DNA of 64,000 nucleotides from an uncultured bacterium (GTDB lineage: Bacteria > Oederibacteriota > JAAXVQ01 > JAUVAV01): positions 704,001 through 768,000 of the forward strand of contig CAVQBK010000003.1 of NCBI GenBank assembly GCA_963710755.1, read 5' to 3'. Positions 10,312 to 20,570 of the stretch are shown piece by piece; the stretch's first letter is position 1, and each line of letters starts with the position of its first letter. The notes below the pieces were generated by a model, which had not been told where the DNA came from, did not search any database, and saw only the letters and a list, made by a program, of their open reading frames with translations. The position numbers and the translations under genes were made by a program.

Positions 10312-11313
10312 ATGCCTGAAGTTATAGGAATGCAAATGATGAAAGGCGGCATGGTGCACTATTGCTATCCCGCTAAAAACAGTGACCAGTTGAATTTATA
10401 TGATTACGGCGTAGTGGAGAGCGAACACGGTCCGCAATTGGGAAAAGTGATCCATCCCCTGAAACAAATGGACAGGAATGTCTTACCGGAGAAAATCAAA
10501 CCCCTTTTGCGCAAAGCCACGGACAAGGATATGGCTCAATTCGAAGCCAATATAAAAAAAGAAAAAGAAGCCTACAAATTATGCCGGCAAAAAGCACTTG
10601 AAAAGAAGTTAGCCATGAAACTGGTGGATGTTAGCTATTCCCTGGACGCCCGCAAGGCGGTGTTTTATTTTACCGCGGAAAACCGGGTGGATTTTCGTGA
10701 ACTGGTCAAAGATTTGGCGCATACCCTTAGGGTCAAAATCGAGATGCGTCAAATCGGGGTGCGTGATGAAGCCCGCCGGCTGGGCGGGGTGGGATGCTGT
10801 GGCCGGAGTTTGTGCTGCTGTACCTTTTTAAAAGATTTTGTCTCCGTATCCATCCGCATGGCCAAAGAACAAAATTTATCTCTCAATCCTGCCAAAGTTT
10901 CCGGTCTCTGCGGCCGGTTGATGTGTTGTTTGTCCTATGAATATTACGGCAAAGGCAAGACTAAAAAAGGCAGACCCCAGACCGCGGATGGAAACGAGCC
11001 GGCTGTGGAGGCTGTCTGTACCATGAAGGATGAGGAAACGCCGGCCTGTATGGCGGCCTGCGAGGGACCTTGCCCAGCTGATCAGACAGTTCCTCCGGCA
11101 GAACCGGAAGAAAAGCCGTTGCCGGCGCAGGCCCTTGCGGACACCCCCGTGCCGCCGACACCGCAGCGCCAGGCCAATGGCCAGGACAGCCAACGACCGA
11201 ATAAGCATAAGCGGCGGCCGCCGCATAAACACCACCGTTTCAAAGCCAAACCAAAGGGCCATAGTCCGAGTGATGGACCTAAGTCGGGCGGCCCCTCAAC
11301 GGAAGGAAGGTAA
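10312..11313 (+). CDS. PSP1/YaaT (RicT) family protein with a low-complexity C-terminal tail
   Basis: RVDFRELVKDLA, RQIGVRDEAR, CGR.LCC and SGLCGRLMCCL motifs; tmk-holB-PSP1-metG order. Confidence 0.92.
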   Translation: MPEVIGMQMMKGGMVHYCYPAKNSDQLNLYDYGVVESEHGPQLGKVIHPLKQMDRNVLPEKIKPLLRKATDKDMAQFEANIKKEKEAYKLCRQKALEKKLAMKLVDVSYSLDARKAVFYFTAENRVDFRELVKDLAHTLRVKIEMRQIGVRDEARRLGGVGCCGRSLCCCTFLKDFVSVSIRMAKEQNLSLNPAKVSGLCGRLMCCLSYEYYGKGKTKKGRPQTADGNEPAVEAVCTMKDEETPACMAACEGPCPADQTVPPAEPEEKPLPAQALADTPVPPTPQRQANGQDSQRPNKHKRRPPHKHHRFKAKPKGHSPSDGPKSGGPSTEGR

Positions 11314-11318
11314 TCCCC

Positions 11319-12866
11319 ATGGGCGACAGAAAATTTTATATCACCACGGCCATCACTTATGCCAATTCCAAACCTCACATTGGCCATGCCTATGAGGAGA
11401 TTGGTACTGATGCCTTGGCCCGCTGGAAACGGCTCAATGGCTATGATGTCTGGTTTTCTACTGGTTCCGATGAGCATTCGGCTAATGTGGAAAACAAATG
11501 TAAAACCTTGGATAAGGATTGCCAGACTTACTGCGACGAGATGGCCACCATCTTTAAGGAGACCTGGCGCACGCTGGGGATTTCTTTTGACCGCTTTATC
11601 CAGACCTCGGAACCGATTCATCATCAGGCTGCCCAGGAAATGGTCAGACGAGCCAGGGCCAACGGCGATATATACAAAGGCAAGTATGAAGGCTGGTATT
11701 GCAATTCCTGCGAAACCTATTACACGGAGAATGAACTCGAGGATGGCCAATGTCCTATTCACGGCTTGAAGCCCACCTGGCTATCGGAAGAAAATTATTT
11801 TTTTAAATTGTCCGGGTTCCAGCAGCGTCTTCTGGATCACATTGAGGCTCATCCGGATTTCATTCAACCCCTGTCCCGGAAGAACGAAGTGGTCAATGTC
11901 ATCAAGGAGGGTCTCAAAGACATTTCAGTGTCCCGGGCTACCATGACTTGGGGCATTCCTTTTCCCGATGATCCGGAACACGTGATCTATGTCTGGTTTG
12001 ATGCTCTGATCAATTATTTATCGGCCGTGGGATTTCCCCAGGACATGCAGATGTTTGAACGTTACTGGCCCTGCGATGTACATGTCATTGGTAAAGACAT
12101 CACCCGTTTTCATTGCATTATTTGGCCGGCTATGCTCATGTCAGCAGGGCTGCCGCTGCCCAAGAAGGTATTTGGCCACGGCTTCATTTATTTAAAAGGG
12201 GAGAAGATCTCCAAGACCAGGGGCAATGTGCTTGATCCCATTGCCTTCAGCCAGGAATATGGTGTGGATCCGCTGCGGTATGTGCTGCTGGCCGGCAGTC
12301 AATACGCCGGGGACAGTGATTTCAGCGAAGAAGGTATGATTGAGCGGTACAATACCGATCTGGCCAATGACATGGGCAATTTGCTTAACCGCACCTTGTC
12401 CATGGTCAATAAATATTGCGATGGTCTGGTGCCCTCGGACGGCAAGGCGGATCCCGACTTGGATCAATCCCTGAAAAGCATGGCGGACACCTTGTGGACA
12501 CGGGTGGACCAGGCCATGAACCAGCTTGATTTCGCCGGAGCTATGGCTGCGGTTTGGGAGTTGGTCAAGCGCGCCAACAAATATATTGAAGAGTGTGCTC
12601 CCTGGAGCGCCTATAAAGAAAACCATCAGGCGCGGGTGGACGCCATCATGTATAACCTGCTGGAGGTCTTGCGCTTGGTAGCCGCCTACATTGAGCCGAT
12701 CATGCCCGGTACCACGCCTAGGATATTGGGACAATTGGGATATAGTGCTTCTTACCGGTTACCGCTCTTTCCGGAGGCAGGCAGATGGGGACAGGTTCCA
12801 GCAGGTCAGGCCATCGCCAAAGGCGATCCCCTGTTTCCGCGTATTGAAAAAGAAGAGAAAGCGTAA
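11319..12866 (+). CDS. metG: Methionyl-tRNA synthetase (short form)
   Basis: HIGH, YVWFDALINY, IGKDI and KISKT (KMSKS-like) motifs. Confidence 0.96.
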   Translation: MGDRKFYITTAITYANSKPHIGHAYEEIGTDALARWKRLNGYDVWFSTGSDEHSANVENKCKTLDKDCQTYCDEMATIFKETWRTLGISFDRFIQTSEPIHHQAAQEMVRRARANGDIYKGKYEGWYCNSCETYYTENELEDGQCPIHGLKPTWLSEENYFFKLSGFQQRLLDHIEAHPDFIQPLSRKNEVVNVIKEGLKDISVSRATMTWGIPFPDDPEHVIYVWFDALINYLSAVGFPQDMQMFERYWPCDVHVIGKDITRFHCIIWPAMLMSAGLPLPKKVFGHGFIYLKGEKISKTRGNVLDPIAFSQEYGVDPLRYVLLAGSQYAGDSDFSEEGMIERYNTDLANDMGNLLNRTLSMVNKYCDGLVPSDGKADPDLDQSLKSMADTLWTRVDQAMNQLDFAGAMAAVWELVKRANKYIEECAPWSAYKENHQARVDAIMYNLLEVLRLVAAYIEPIMPGTTPRILGQLGYSASYRLPLFPEAGRWGQVPAGQAIAKGDPLFPRIEKEEKA

Positions 12867-12873
12867 ATAGTTA

Positions 12874-14268
12874 ATGTTGGAGTTTATAGATACTCATATC
12901 CACTTGGACGATGAACGTTATCAAGAAGACTTGCCGGAAGTTTTGGTCCGTGCTCGCCAGGCAGGCGTCAGCACCTTGATTAATGCCGGGTCTACAGTGG
13001 AGGCCAATGTCAATATTTTGAAGCTGCTTCAAGAGCAGCCTGAACTTTATGGAGCCGTGGGGCTTCATCCCCATGAATTTCCCGCCCACTCCTTGGATGT
13101 GCTCAAGACGCTGCCTCTGCAATTGGCTCAGGAAAAAATAGTGGCCTTGGGAGAGATCGGCTTGGACTATCATGTATTTCCAGATTATCCTGCGCCCGAT
13201 CACGACGCCCAGCAGCAAGCTTTTCGGGCACAATTAAGGTTGGCCAGGATTTTTGAACTGCCGCTGATTGTGCATGTGCGCGAGGCCATGGAGGACGCTC
13301 TGCGCCTGCTAAGAGAAGAAGGCCCTTTCCCCCAAGGCGGTGTTCTGCATTGTTACAGCAGCGGGGTGGAAGACCTACCGGCGGTGTTGAACCTGGGTTT
13401 TTTTATTGGCATCGGCGGACCGGTCACCTATCCCAAGGCTGAAGCCACCCGCCAGGCGGTCCGGGCTGCACCCTTGGAGCGCCTATTGCTCGAGACGGAT
13501 GCACCCTATTTGCCGCCACAGTCGCACCGTGGGCAGCGACATGAACCGGCTTGGATGTTGGAGAGTGCTGCGGCTGTAGCCGAGCTCAGAGGCCTGAGCC
13601 TGGAACAATTGGCTCAAGCTACCAGTGCCAATGCCAAAGGACTGTTTAAATTGGGTCCGATTCACCCGGGGACCATCGTTTATGACATCCAGGGGCATTT
13701 ATATATTAATTTAACCAATCGCTGTAGCAGCCATTGCCGCTTTTGTCCCCGCAAGGTCCGGCGGCAGGTGCGGGGCTATGACTTAACTTTAAAGCGAGAA
13801 CCCTTGGCCAAGGAAATCATTACAGCTATCGGCGATCCCAAGGACTATGCGGAAATTGTCTTTTGCGGATTTGGGGAGCCCACCTTACGCCTGCCCGTGT
13901 TGTTGGAAGTCGCCCGGGCCGTCAAGGCTAAAGGCGGCAGGGTACGGGTCAACAGCAACGGCCAGGCCGACAAGATTTTCGAACACGATATTTTACCGGC
14001 TTGTCAGGGGCTGGTGGACACGTGGTCCATCTCGGTCAATACCATCAACGAGCAGGATTACATGCGTATGGTGCAACCGGCGACCGGAGCCGGAACGTTG
14101 GCGGCGGTCATGGATTTTGCCCGCCGGGCGGCGGCCGACTTTGAGGTGGTAATCTCCGATGTGGACATGCCGGGAATCGATCTGAGGGGGTTGGCAGCCT
14201 TCGCGCAACAGATTGGCGCACGCTATCGGGGAAGACATTACCAACAGTTAGGGGAACCAGAAGAATAA
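12874..14268 (+). CDS. TatD family nuclease fused to a TatD-associated radical SAM domain
   Basis: DTHIH, GLHPH, GEIGLDY and ETDAPYL motifs, then YINLTNRCSSHCRFC (CxxxCxxC) and VFCGFGEP. Confidence 0.92.
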   Translation: MLEFIDTHIHLDDERYQEDLPEVLVRARQAGVSTLINAGSTVEANVNILKLLQEQPELYGAVGLHPHEFPAHSLDVLKTLPLQLAQEKIVALGEIGLDYHVFPDYPAPDHDAQQQAFRAQLRLARIFELPLIVHVREAMEDALRLLREEGPFPQGGVLHCYSSGVEDLPAVLNLGFFIGIGGPVTYPKAEATRQAVRAAPLERLLLETDAPYLPPQSHRGQRHEPAWMLESAAAVAELRGLSLEQLAQATSANAKGLFKLGPIHPGTIVYDIQGHLYINLTNRCSSHCRFCPRKVRRQVRGYDLTLKREPLAKEIITAIGDPKDYAEIVFCGFGEPTLRLPVLLEVARAVKAKGGRVRVNSNGQADKIFEHDILPACQGLVDTWSISVNTINEQDYMRMVQPATGAGTLAAVMDFARRAAADFEVVISDVDMPGIDLRGLAAFAQQIGARYRGRHYQQLGEPEE

Positions 14269-14405
14269 ATAACTGCATTGTAGCCGCTCAGCTTGCCGAA
14301 TGGCTATCCGGTTTTTGTTGCTAACTTGGTAAAATAAATAGTTAATCTGCTCATCCCCGCCTACGCGGGGTATCGGCGCAAACGGAATAAGGGGAGGACG
14401 AAACA

Positions 14406-15200
14406 GTGGCCGGATCATTTTTAAAACGGGTGGTCAAAGAAAAAAAGGGGGAAGTGGAAAAATCCAAAAAGCGGTTGCCCATGGAGAAGTTGCTTGAAAT
14501 CATGTTGCAGCTGCCGCCGGTAAGAAATTTTCGGGAGGCCCTATACCGGGCGGGTCGCATTTCTGTTATTGCTGAGGTGAAAAAGAAAGTGCCCGGCGCT
14601 CCTTCCTGGAAACCACGTTTGCAATTGCAGAAATTAGTCGCCAGCTACGAGGCGGGGGGAGCGGTGGCGCTTTCCATTGTGACCAATGAAAAACATTTCG
14701 GCACCAAACTGAGTCAGATTGCAGAATTAAAAAAAATGTCCAGTCTGCCTGTTCTGTGCAAAGACTTTATCATCGATCCTTACCAGGTTTATGAAGCCCG
14801 GGCTCATCAGGCCGATGCCTTGCTGTTGTTGCCGGAAATTCTGCACAAGGACTTGCAGCGCTTTATCGAACTGACCTCAGGCATGGGTATGACACCGGTG
14901 GTGGAAGTACATGGCCTGCCCGAATTGAAACTGGCCCTGAAAGCAGGCGCAGATTGTATTATGATTAATAATCGTGATCTCAACACTTTGAAAGTCAACA
15001 TGCAAACCGTGGATCGACTGGCCAAAGCCATTCCCCGCGACAATCTGGTTATAGCGGCCAGCGGTTACAAAACCGCTGAAGATGTCGGCAAGATTCAATC
15101 GGATCGGGTGACGTCGGCATTGATCGGGCGTACGCTCATCAGCGCCAAAGATCCGGAAGCATTGCTCAGGGAGATGCGGCATAAAGCGGAACGGTTATGA
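14406..15200 (+). CDS. trpC: Indole-3-glycerol phosphate synthase (divergent)
   Basis: IAEVKK, LPVLCKDFIIDPYQ, VEVH and INNRDL motifs; overlaps the trpF start. Confidence 0.85.
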   Translation: MAGSFLKRVVKEKKGEVEKSKKRLPMEKLLEIMLQLPPVRNFREALYRAGRISVIAEVKKKVPGAPSWKPRLQLQKLVASYEAGGAVALSIVTNEKHFGTKLSQIAELKKMSSLPVLCKDFIIDPYQVYEARAHQADALLLLPEILHKDLQRFIELTSGMGMTPVVEVHGLPELKLALKAGADCIMINNRDLNTLKVNMQTVDRLAKAIPRDNLVIAASGYKTAEDVGKIQSDRVTSALIGRTLISAKDPEALLREMRHKAERL

Positions 15201-15814
15201 CCAAGATAAAAGTCTGTGGTCTCACCAGACCGCAGGATGCAGAAATGGCTGTAGCCTATGGGGTGGATGCGGTGGGGCTCATTTTCGCGCCTTCTCCGAG
15301 GCAAGTATCGGAAGCCCAAGCCAGGAAGATCCTGCGGTATGTTCCATCTACAATACTGGTTTTTGGTGTATTTGTGGATCAGGATCCGACCTGGATCCAA
15401 GGCCTGTCCGAACGGCTGGGGTTGGACCGGCTCCAGTTTCATGGGCATGAGCCCGGGCGTTGGCTGCGCCTTTTTCCAACCCGGCGCGTGGTGAAAGCCT
15501 TAAGGCCCCGTGCGCAAGCCCTTGTACCCAAGCAAGATCCGGTACGGGCAGCCGGTACTTTCTTAGTGGATGCTTTTGTAACGGGCCAAGCCGGCGGCAC
15601 CGGTCAGTTGAGCAATTGGTCTTTTGCCCGGAGTTTGAAAAAATTTAATAAGCCGCTTATTCTTTCCGGTGGCCTCAATCCGTCCAATGTTCAGCAAGCG
15701 ATTAAAGCCGTTCAGCCACACATGGTGGATGTTTCCTCCGGTGTGGAATACAGCCCAGGTATTAAACATCCTGCGCGTCTGCGTGCTTTTATTAGAAAAG
15801 TGCGCGAAAGCTAA
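15197..15814 (+). CDS. trpF: Phosphoribosylanthranilate isomerase
   Basis: KIKVCGLT, QFHG, GGTG, LSGGL and VDVSSGVE motifs. Confidence 0.95.
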   Translation: MTKIKVCGLTRPQDAEMAVAYGVDAVGLIFAPSPRQVSEAQARKILRYVPSTILVFGVFVDQDPTWIQGLSERLGLDRLQFHGHEPGRWLRLFPTRRVVKALRPRAQALVPKQDPVRAAGTFLVDAFVTGQAGGTGQLSNWSFARSLKKFNKPLILSGGLNPSNVQQAIKAVQPHMVDVSSGVEYSPGIKHPARLRAFIRKVRES

Positions 15815-15875
15815 GCATTGGTTGGGCACGCTGATATAGCGAATGGTCTTTGTGCACATGACCGTAAAAACACAA

Positions 15876-16442
15876 CTAGGAACAAACGGAATGCGGTTGA
15901 TAATGATGCTTGAGATTAGTGAGCAGGCTTAACAAGGTTTTAATCTTGTTTTGGTTGAGATGGTCGGTAGCCACAAATTTTTCCAGCAATTCTTTTTTTT
16001 CCACGATGGTTAAATAAGAAGCAGCCAGCGGGTAAAAAATTTCCTCCTCATCCTGTATGTGTTCTGCCAGCAAATGCTGGTATTTTTCCATGGTTCGCAA
16101 AAAGGTTCCGGTGGCTTGCCTTTTGCCGGCCTGCAATTGAGTTAGGGCATGACTGATTTTGGCCACCACCTGGCGGCCATGCATGTGTTCTTCCATAAGT
16201 TTCTTAATGGCTTCTTGGCCGGTTTTGCCTTCCATATGGACAATGGCCATGAACATGAATTCTTCTTCTTTTAAATGATGGATTGTCTCAGTGTAGCTTT
16301 GTAAGAAATCCACCAAATGTTCCACTTCCTGTAAACCCATTTTTTCCGGGCAACTCCTGAGACGCTCCATCATGGCATTCATGACGTTTAAGGCCTCTTT
16401 GATGGTGACGTGTTCTTTCATTAAATAAGATGATGGACTCAT
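15876..16442 (-). CDS. Hemerythrin (HHE) domain protein
   Basis: LMKEH, HHLKEE, EEH and HIQDEE di-iron motifs. Confidence 0.88.
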   Translation of the reverse strand: MSPSSYLMKEHVTIKEALNVMNAMMERLRSCPEKMGLQEVEHLVDFLQSYTETIHHLKEEEFMFMAIVHMEGKTGQEAIKKLMEEHMHGRQVVAKISHALTQLQAGKRQATGTFLRTMEKYQHLLAEHIQDEEEIFYPLAASYLTIVEKKELLEKFVATDHLNQNKIKTLLSLLTNLKHHYQPHSVCS

Positions 16443-16639
16443 GATGAAAAATTCCTCTCTGAACTTTTGACGTTGGCGACGTACTTTTATTAGATTCCAC
16501 CGTAATTGTTAGACCACTGGGCTGGTTAAAAGGTTTAGCCTTGGTCAAAAGTGGAGGGCTACCACCTGTCGCTGTATTCCGGGCAGAAGAAAACAGCGAC
16601 AGGAAGCAGTTCGAGAGAAGGGTCAAAAAGCAGCAAAGA

Positions 16640-17356
16640 CTATTTAATAATATAGCTTAAATAAACGGTGGCCGTGATTCTGGTCTCGCCGGCTTCAATG
16701 GGTGTGCCTGCAGAGGCGGCTTTAACCATGGCGGCCTGGGGAGCATGAGGAAACCCGGCCGGCTCCTGGGATTGAGAACTGAGATTATACAGGGCACCCA
16801 ATTGCACTGATGCTGCTTGGGCCATGATCTGCGCCTTGGCCATGGCGTATTTGGTGGCCTTGGCCAAGGCTTGCTGGAGCAGGGCATTGGCATCCTTAAT
16901 GTAAAAATTAATGGTGGGGACTTGATTGGCACCGTGGGACAAGGCCGTGTCCACAATTTGGGAAGCAGTTAATGACAAGGCCTCCGGCTTCATGACTTCC
17001 AGGGTGAACGCCAGAGAATGTTGCACCCTGTAACCGATAATTTCCTGATGATCATTGTAATTACGTTGAGGATAAACCTGATAAGCTAGGGTTTTACTGA
17101 CCAGATTTTGCAGATGCATGTCGTTAATGGCGGCCAGTACGGCTGCTGCTTTGGTAGCGTTTTCCTTGTGAGCAGTCTCCAATTTTTTATTCTCAGTCAC
17201 AATGGACACCACCAAAGTGACTGAATCATTGGTGCCAATCACTTCGGCCGAGGCATTGGTTTGCAACAGCCGGTGTTCCTGGAGCTCAGCTCCCCGGACC
17301 GTGGTGGTGCCAATAGCGAATACGAGCAACAGGAGAAAAAATCTTGATTTTTTCAT
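16640..17356 (-). CDS. SIMPL (DUF541) domain secreted protein
   Basis: Signal peptide, YQVYPQ.NY...IIGYRV, GANQV and PIEAGETRITATV motifs; AAGGAGG RBS. Confidence 0.88.
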   Translation of the reverse strand: MKKSRFFLLLLVFAIGTTTVRGAELQEHRLLQTNASAEVIGTNDSVTLVVSIVTENKKLETAHKENATKAAAVLAAINDMHLQNLVSKTLAYQVYPQRNYNDHQEIIGYRVQHSLAFTLEVMKPEALSLTASQIVDTALSHGANQVPTINFYIKDANALLQQALAKATKYAMAKAQIMAQAASVQLGALYNLSSQSQEPAGFPHAPQAAMVKAASAGTPIEAGETRITATVYLSYIIK

Positions 17357-17584
17357 GACAGCCTCCTTCAACCCTTGACCTATAAAGTGCTGACCAAGCT
17401 TATTGTACGGCATCCCCGGCCAGAATCAATGGAATAATGAAGGGGGCACGGGCAGGCAGGGACCCTTGATTTTAATGCCAAAACCGTCATGAAGGCTTGG
17501 AAAAATATTTTAAAATTGGGTTTAATTTGTCATAATGAGACTTTATCTTTCGCCTCTATTTGAGGGCGAGAAGGAGTATGCGCC

Positions 17585-18757
17585 ATGACGCTCTCTCAAA
17601 AAGGCTGGTATGGTGAATTCGGCGGCCGCTTTGCCCCGGAAGTTCTGATGCCGGCTGTTCAGGAATTGGAAGCCGCTTTTTCTCAAGCCTGGAAAGACCG
17701 GACCTTTAAGCAAGAGCTGGATGGGTTAAGAAAACATTATGCCGGCCGGCCCACAGCTCTGGACTATGCCGGACGTTGCACCCAGGCCTGGGGCGGTGCT
17801 CAGGTTTATTTGAAGCGAGAGGATCTTAATCATACGGGATCGCATAAGCTCAATAACTGTCTGGGCCAGATTTTATTGGCCATGCGCATGGGCAAAAAGC
17901 GTATCATTGCCGAGACCGGGGCCGGTCAGCATGGGGTGGCCACAGCCACGGTCTGTGCCCGCTTTGGACTTAAATGCGTGGTGTATATGGGTACGGAGGA
18001 CATGGCGCGCCAAGCCCTCAATGTTTATCGTATGCGCTTGCTGGGCGCTGAGGTTCGGGGGGTGGATTCAGGCAGTAAAACCCTGAAAGATGCCATGAAT
18101 GAAGCCATACGCGACTGGATAACCAATGTGAAAAACACCTATTATCTTATTGGCACAGTGGCGGGATTTGATCCCTATCCCCGCATGGTGCGTGCCTTTC
18201 AGGCTATTATTGGCACTGAAGCCAGACAGCAAATGTTGCGTCAAGTTGGACGGCTGCCCGATACCGTGGTGGCCTGCGTGGGCGGTGGCAGCAATGCCAT
18301 GGGCATTTTCTCGGGATTTCTGAAAGATTCCAAAGTCAAACTCATAGGTGTGGAAGCCGGTGGACTAGGACTGGCTACCGGCCATCATGCCGCACCCCTA
18401 AATCGGGGCAGTATCGGCGTCTTGCACGGGAGCCGCAGCTATGTCATGCAGGACAAGCACGGCCAGATTTTAACGGCCCATTCCGTAGCCGCAGGCTTGG
18501 ATTATCCGGGCGTGGGACCAGAATTGTCCTACTTGAAAGACACAGGCCGGGCTCAATTTGTGGCTGTCACGGATCAGCAAGCGTTACAAGCCCAAGTGGA
18601 ATTATCCCGGCTGGAGGGAATCATTCCAGCCACGGAAAGCGCCCACGCTATTGCCTACGGCAAACGTCTTGCCAAAACCATGTCCAAGAAGTCTGTGCTA
18701 CTCATTAATGTCTCAGGCCGGGGGGATAAAGATTTGAGACCGGAGGCCCAGTCATGA
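17585..18757 (+). CDS. trpB: Tryptophan synthase beta chain
   Basis: [30 protein letters not shown] and GLDYPGVGP motifs. Confidence 0.98.
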   Translation: MTLSQKGWYGEFGGRFAPEVLMPAVQELEAAFSQAWKDRTFKQELDGLRKHYAGRPTALDYAGRCTQAWGGAQVYLKREDLNHTGSHKLNNCLGQILLAMRMGKKRIIAETGAGQHGVATATVCARFGLKCVVYMGTEDMARQALNVYRMRLLGAEVRGVDSGSKTLKDAMNEAIRDWITNVKNTYYLIGTVAGFDPYPRMVRAFQAIIGTEARQQMLRQVGRLPDTVVACVGGGSNAMGIFSGFLKDSKVKLIGVEAGGLGLATGHHAAPLNRGSIGVLHGSRSYVMQDKHGQILTAHSVAAGLDYPGVGPELSYLKDTGRAQFVAVTDQQALQAQVELSRLEGIIPATESAHAIAYGKRLAKTMSKKSVLLINVSGRGDKDLRPEAQS

Positions 18758-19554
18758 GTGTACGTTTGCTGAATCAATTTGGGAAGGAACGGGCCGCAGG
18801 CCGGCATCTGTTCGTGCCCTTTATCACGGCCGGGGACCGTGGCTTGGGATTTACAAAAAAAGCCATTGCCATGCTCAGCGATTGCGGGGCCGATGCCATT
18901 GAATTGGGGGTTCCCTTTTCCGATCCCCTGGCCGATGGTCCGGTGATTCAGCAGTCTTCCCAGCGGGCGCTGGCCAAGGGCACCACTTTGGAAGCCATCC
19001 TGGAGATGGTCAAGGAAGTCCGAAGCCGTAGTTCCGTTCCTTTGGTGCTGATGGGCTACCTCAATCCCTTTTTACAGCCTTCCTTGGCCGTAAACTTGAA
19101 AAAAATCCACCTTGCCGGAGTGGATGGAATGATCATTCCCGACCTGCCGCTCGAAGAAGCTGGCCCGGAATTGGCGATGGCGCGGCAATGGGAACTGGAC
19201 ACTATTTTTCTGGCCACGCCGACCAGTACGGAAGAGCGGTTAAAAGCCATTGGCCGTTTATCGACTGGATATGTCTACTATGTGTCCGTTACCGGCACTA
19301 CCGGCGCCCGAACCCAGCTCCCGCAGGGTGTGGCAGCCGGGGTCAGTCGCCTACGGCAATACACTTCTTTGCCTGTGCTGGTGGGGTTTGGCATCAGCAC
19401 CCCAGTTCAGGCCCGAGCCATGACCAAGGCTGCTGATGGCGTGATCGTAGGCAGTGCTTTGGTAAGGGCCATGGCTGAGGCTAAGACGGATCAGGCTGCC
19501 TTGAAGAAATTGGGAGATCTGGCCCGAGCTATTGCAGTAGCCGTTAAAAAATAA
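18754..19554 (+). CDS. trpA: Tryptophan synthase alpha chain
   Basis: [22 protein letters not shown] and DGVIVGSA motifs. Confidence 0.98.
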   Translation: MSVRLLNQFGKERAAGRHLFVPFITAGDRGLGFTKKAIAMLSDCGADAIELGVPFSDPLADGPVIQQSSQRALAKGTTLEAILEMVKEVRSRSSVPLVLMGYLNPFLQPSLAVNLKKIHLAGVDGMIIPDLPLEEAGPELAMARQWELDTIFLATPTSTEERLKAIGRLSTGYVYYVSVTGTTGARTQLPQGVAAGVSRLRQYTSLPVLVGFGISTPVQARAMTKAADGVIVGSALVRAMAEAKTDQAALKKLGDLARAIAVAVKK

Positions 19555-19724
19555 GTGGAGAAGGATGCTGATTTTTGCTAGACTTGATGTTCATCGCCTA
19601 AATAAGACAGCATCATTCCTGCGGCGTTACCCAGCCGCCGCCCTTCTTTTGGGGTGGTCAGGATGCGGTATAGACTGGGTTCTGCAGGTTATCAAAGAAA
19701 AAGACTTAAAAGGATGGAACAGCA

Positions 19725-20570
19725 ATGGATTGGTTTAAAAGACCTAAATATATGACTGTGCGCGTCACCAGCAAGAAAAAAGCGGATATTCCCGATAATT
19801 TGGTAACCCGCTGTACTTCCTGCAGTGAAGTTATATTTAACAAAGATATAGAAAACAATCTGAGAACCTGCCCCAAGTGCAACCACCATTTCTATATGCC
19901 GCCCAGGGAACGGGTGAAACTTCTGTCCGATTCAGGTGAATTGTTGGAAGAGTTGTCAGGCCGTTTAAAAGCCTCCGATCCCCTTCAGTTTGAAGGATAC
20001 CAGTCTAAATTGGAAAAAGGCAGAAAGAAAACAGGGCTACAAGATGCCATCCTGACCGGACTATGTGAGATCGGCGGTGTTAAAACGGCTTTGGCCATTA
20101 CGGATTTTGCATTTATGGGCGGCTCCATGGGTTCGGTCATGGGCGAGGAAATCGCCCGTTTGATTGAGCGGGCTATTGCCGACCATCTGCCCTTGGTCAT
20201 TGTCTCTGCCTCCGGTGGTGGTGCCAGAATGCAGGAAGGCATCATCTCGTTGATGCAAATGGCCAAGACCTCGGCCGCTCTGGCCAAACTGGCCCAGAAA
20301 AAGCTTCCATATATTGCTGTCCTGACCAATCCCACCGGCGGCGGTGTTACCGCCAGTTATGCTATGCTGGGGGATATAATTATGGCTGAACCTAATGCCC
20401 TGATTATGTTTGCCGGTCCGCGGGTTATTGAACAAACCATTCGCCAACATTTGCCCAAGCGCTTTCAGCGTTCCGAATTTCTGCTTGAACATGGTATGCT
20501 GGACATGATTGTTAAACGGCAAGATATGAAACAGACTTTGGCCCGGTTGTTAAAAATACGCGTGTCATGA
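19725..20570 (+). CDS. accD: Acetyl-CoA carboxylase carboxyltransferase beta subunit
   Basis: C4 zinc finger, FMGGSMG, GARMQEG and GPRVIEQT motifs. Confidence 0.96.
   Translation: MDWFKRPKYMTVRVTSKKKADIPDNLVTRCTSCSEVIFNKDIENNLRTCPKCNHHFYMPPRERVKLLSDSGELLEELSGRLKASDPLQFEGYQSKLEKGRKKTGLQDAILTGLCEIGGVKTALAITDFAFMGGSMGSVMGEEIARLIERAIADHLPLVIVSASGGGARMQEGIISLMQMAKTSAALAKLAQKKLPYIAVLTNPTGGGVTASYAMLGDIIMAEPNALIMFAGPRVIEQTIRQHLPKRFQRSEFLLEHGMLDMIVKRQDMKQTLARLLKIRVS

Noticed and set aside
14269-14405. trp attenuator or T-box before trpC
   Set aside because: No Trp-rich leader peptide or T-box motif; only a short CCCCGC/GCGGGG hairpin
16535-16548. FNR/CRP-like box upstream of the hemerythrin gene
   Set aside because: Only one good half-site, and it lies within a hairpin arm
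19615-19690. SRP (4.5S) RNA because of GGTCAGG in a rod-like fold
   Set aside because: Lacks the GGAA tetraloop and AGCAG partner of SRP helix 8
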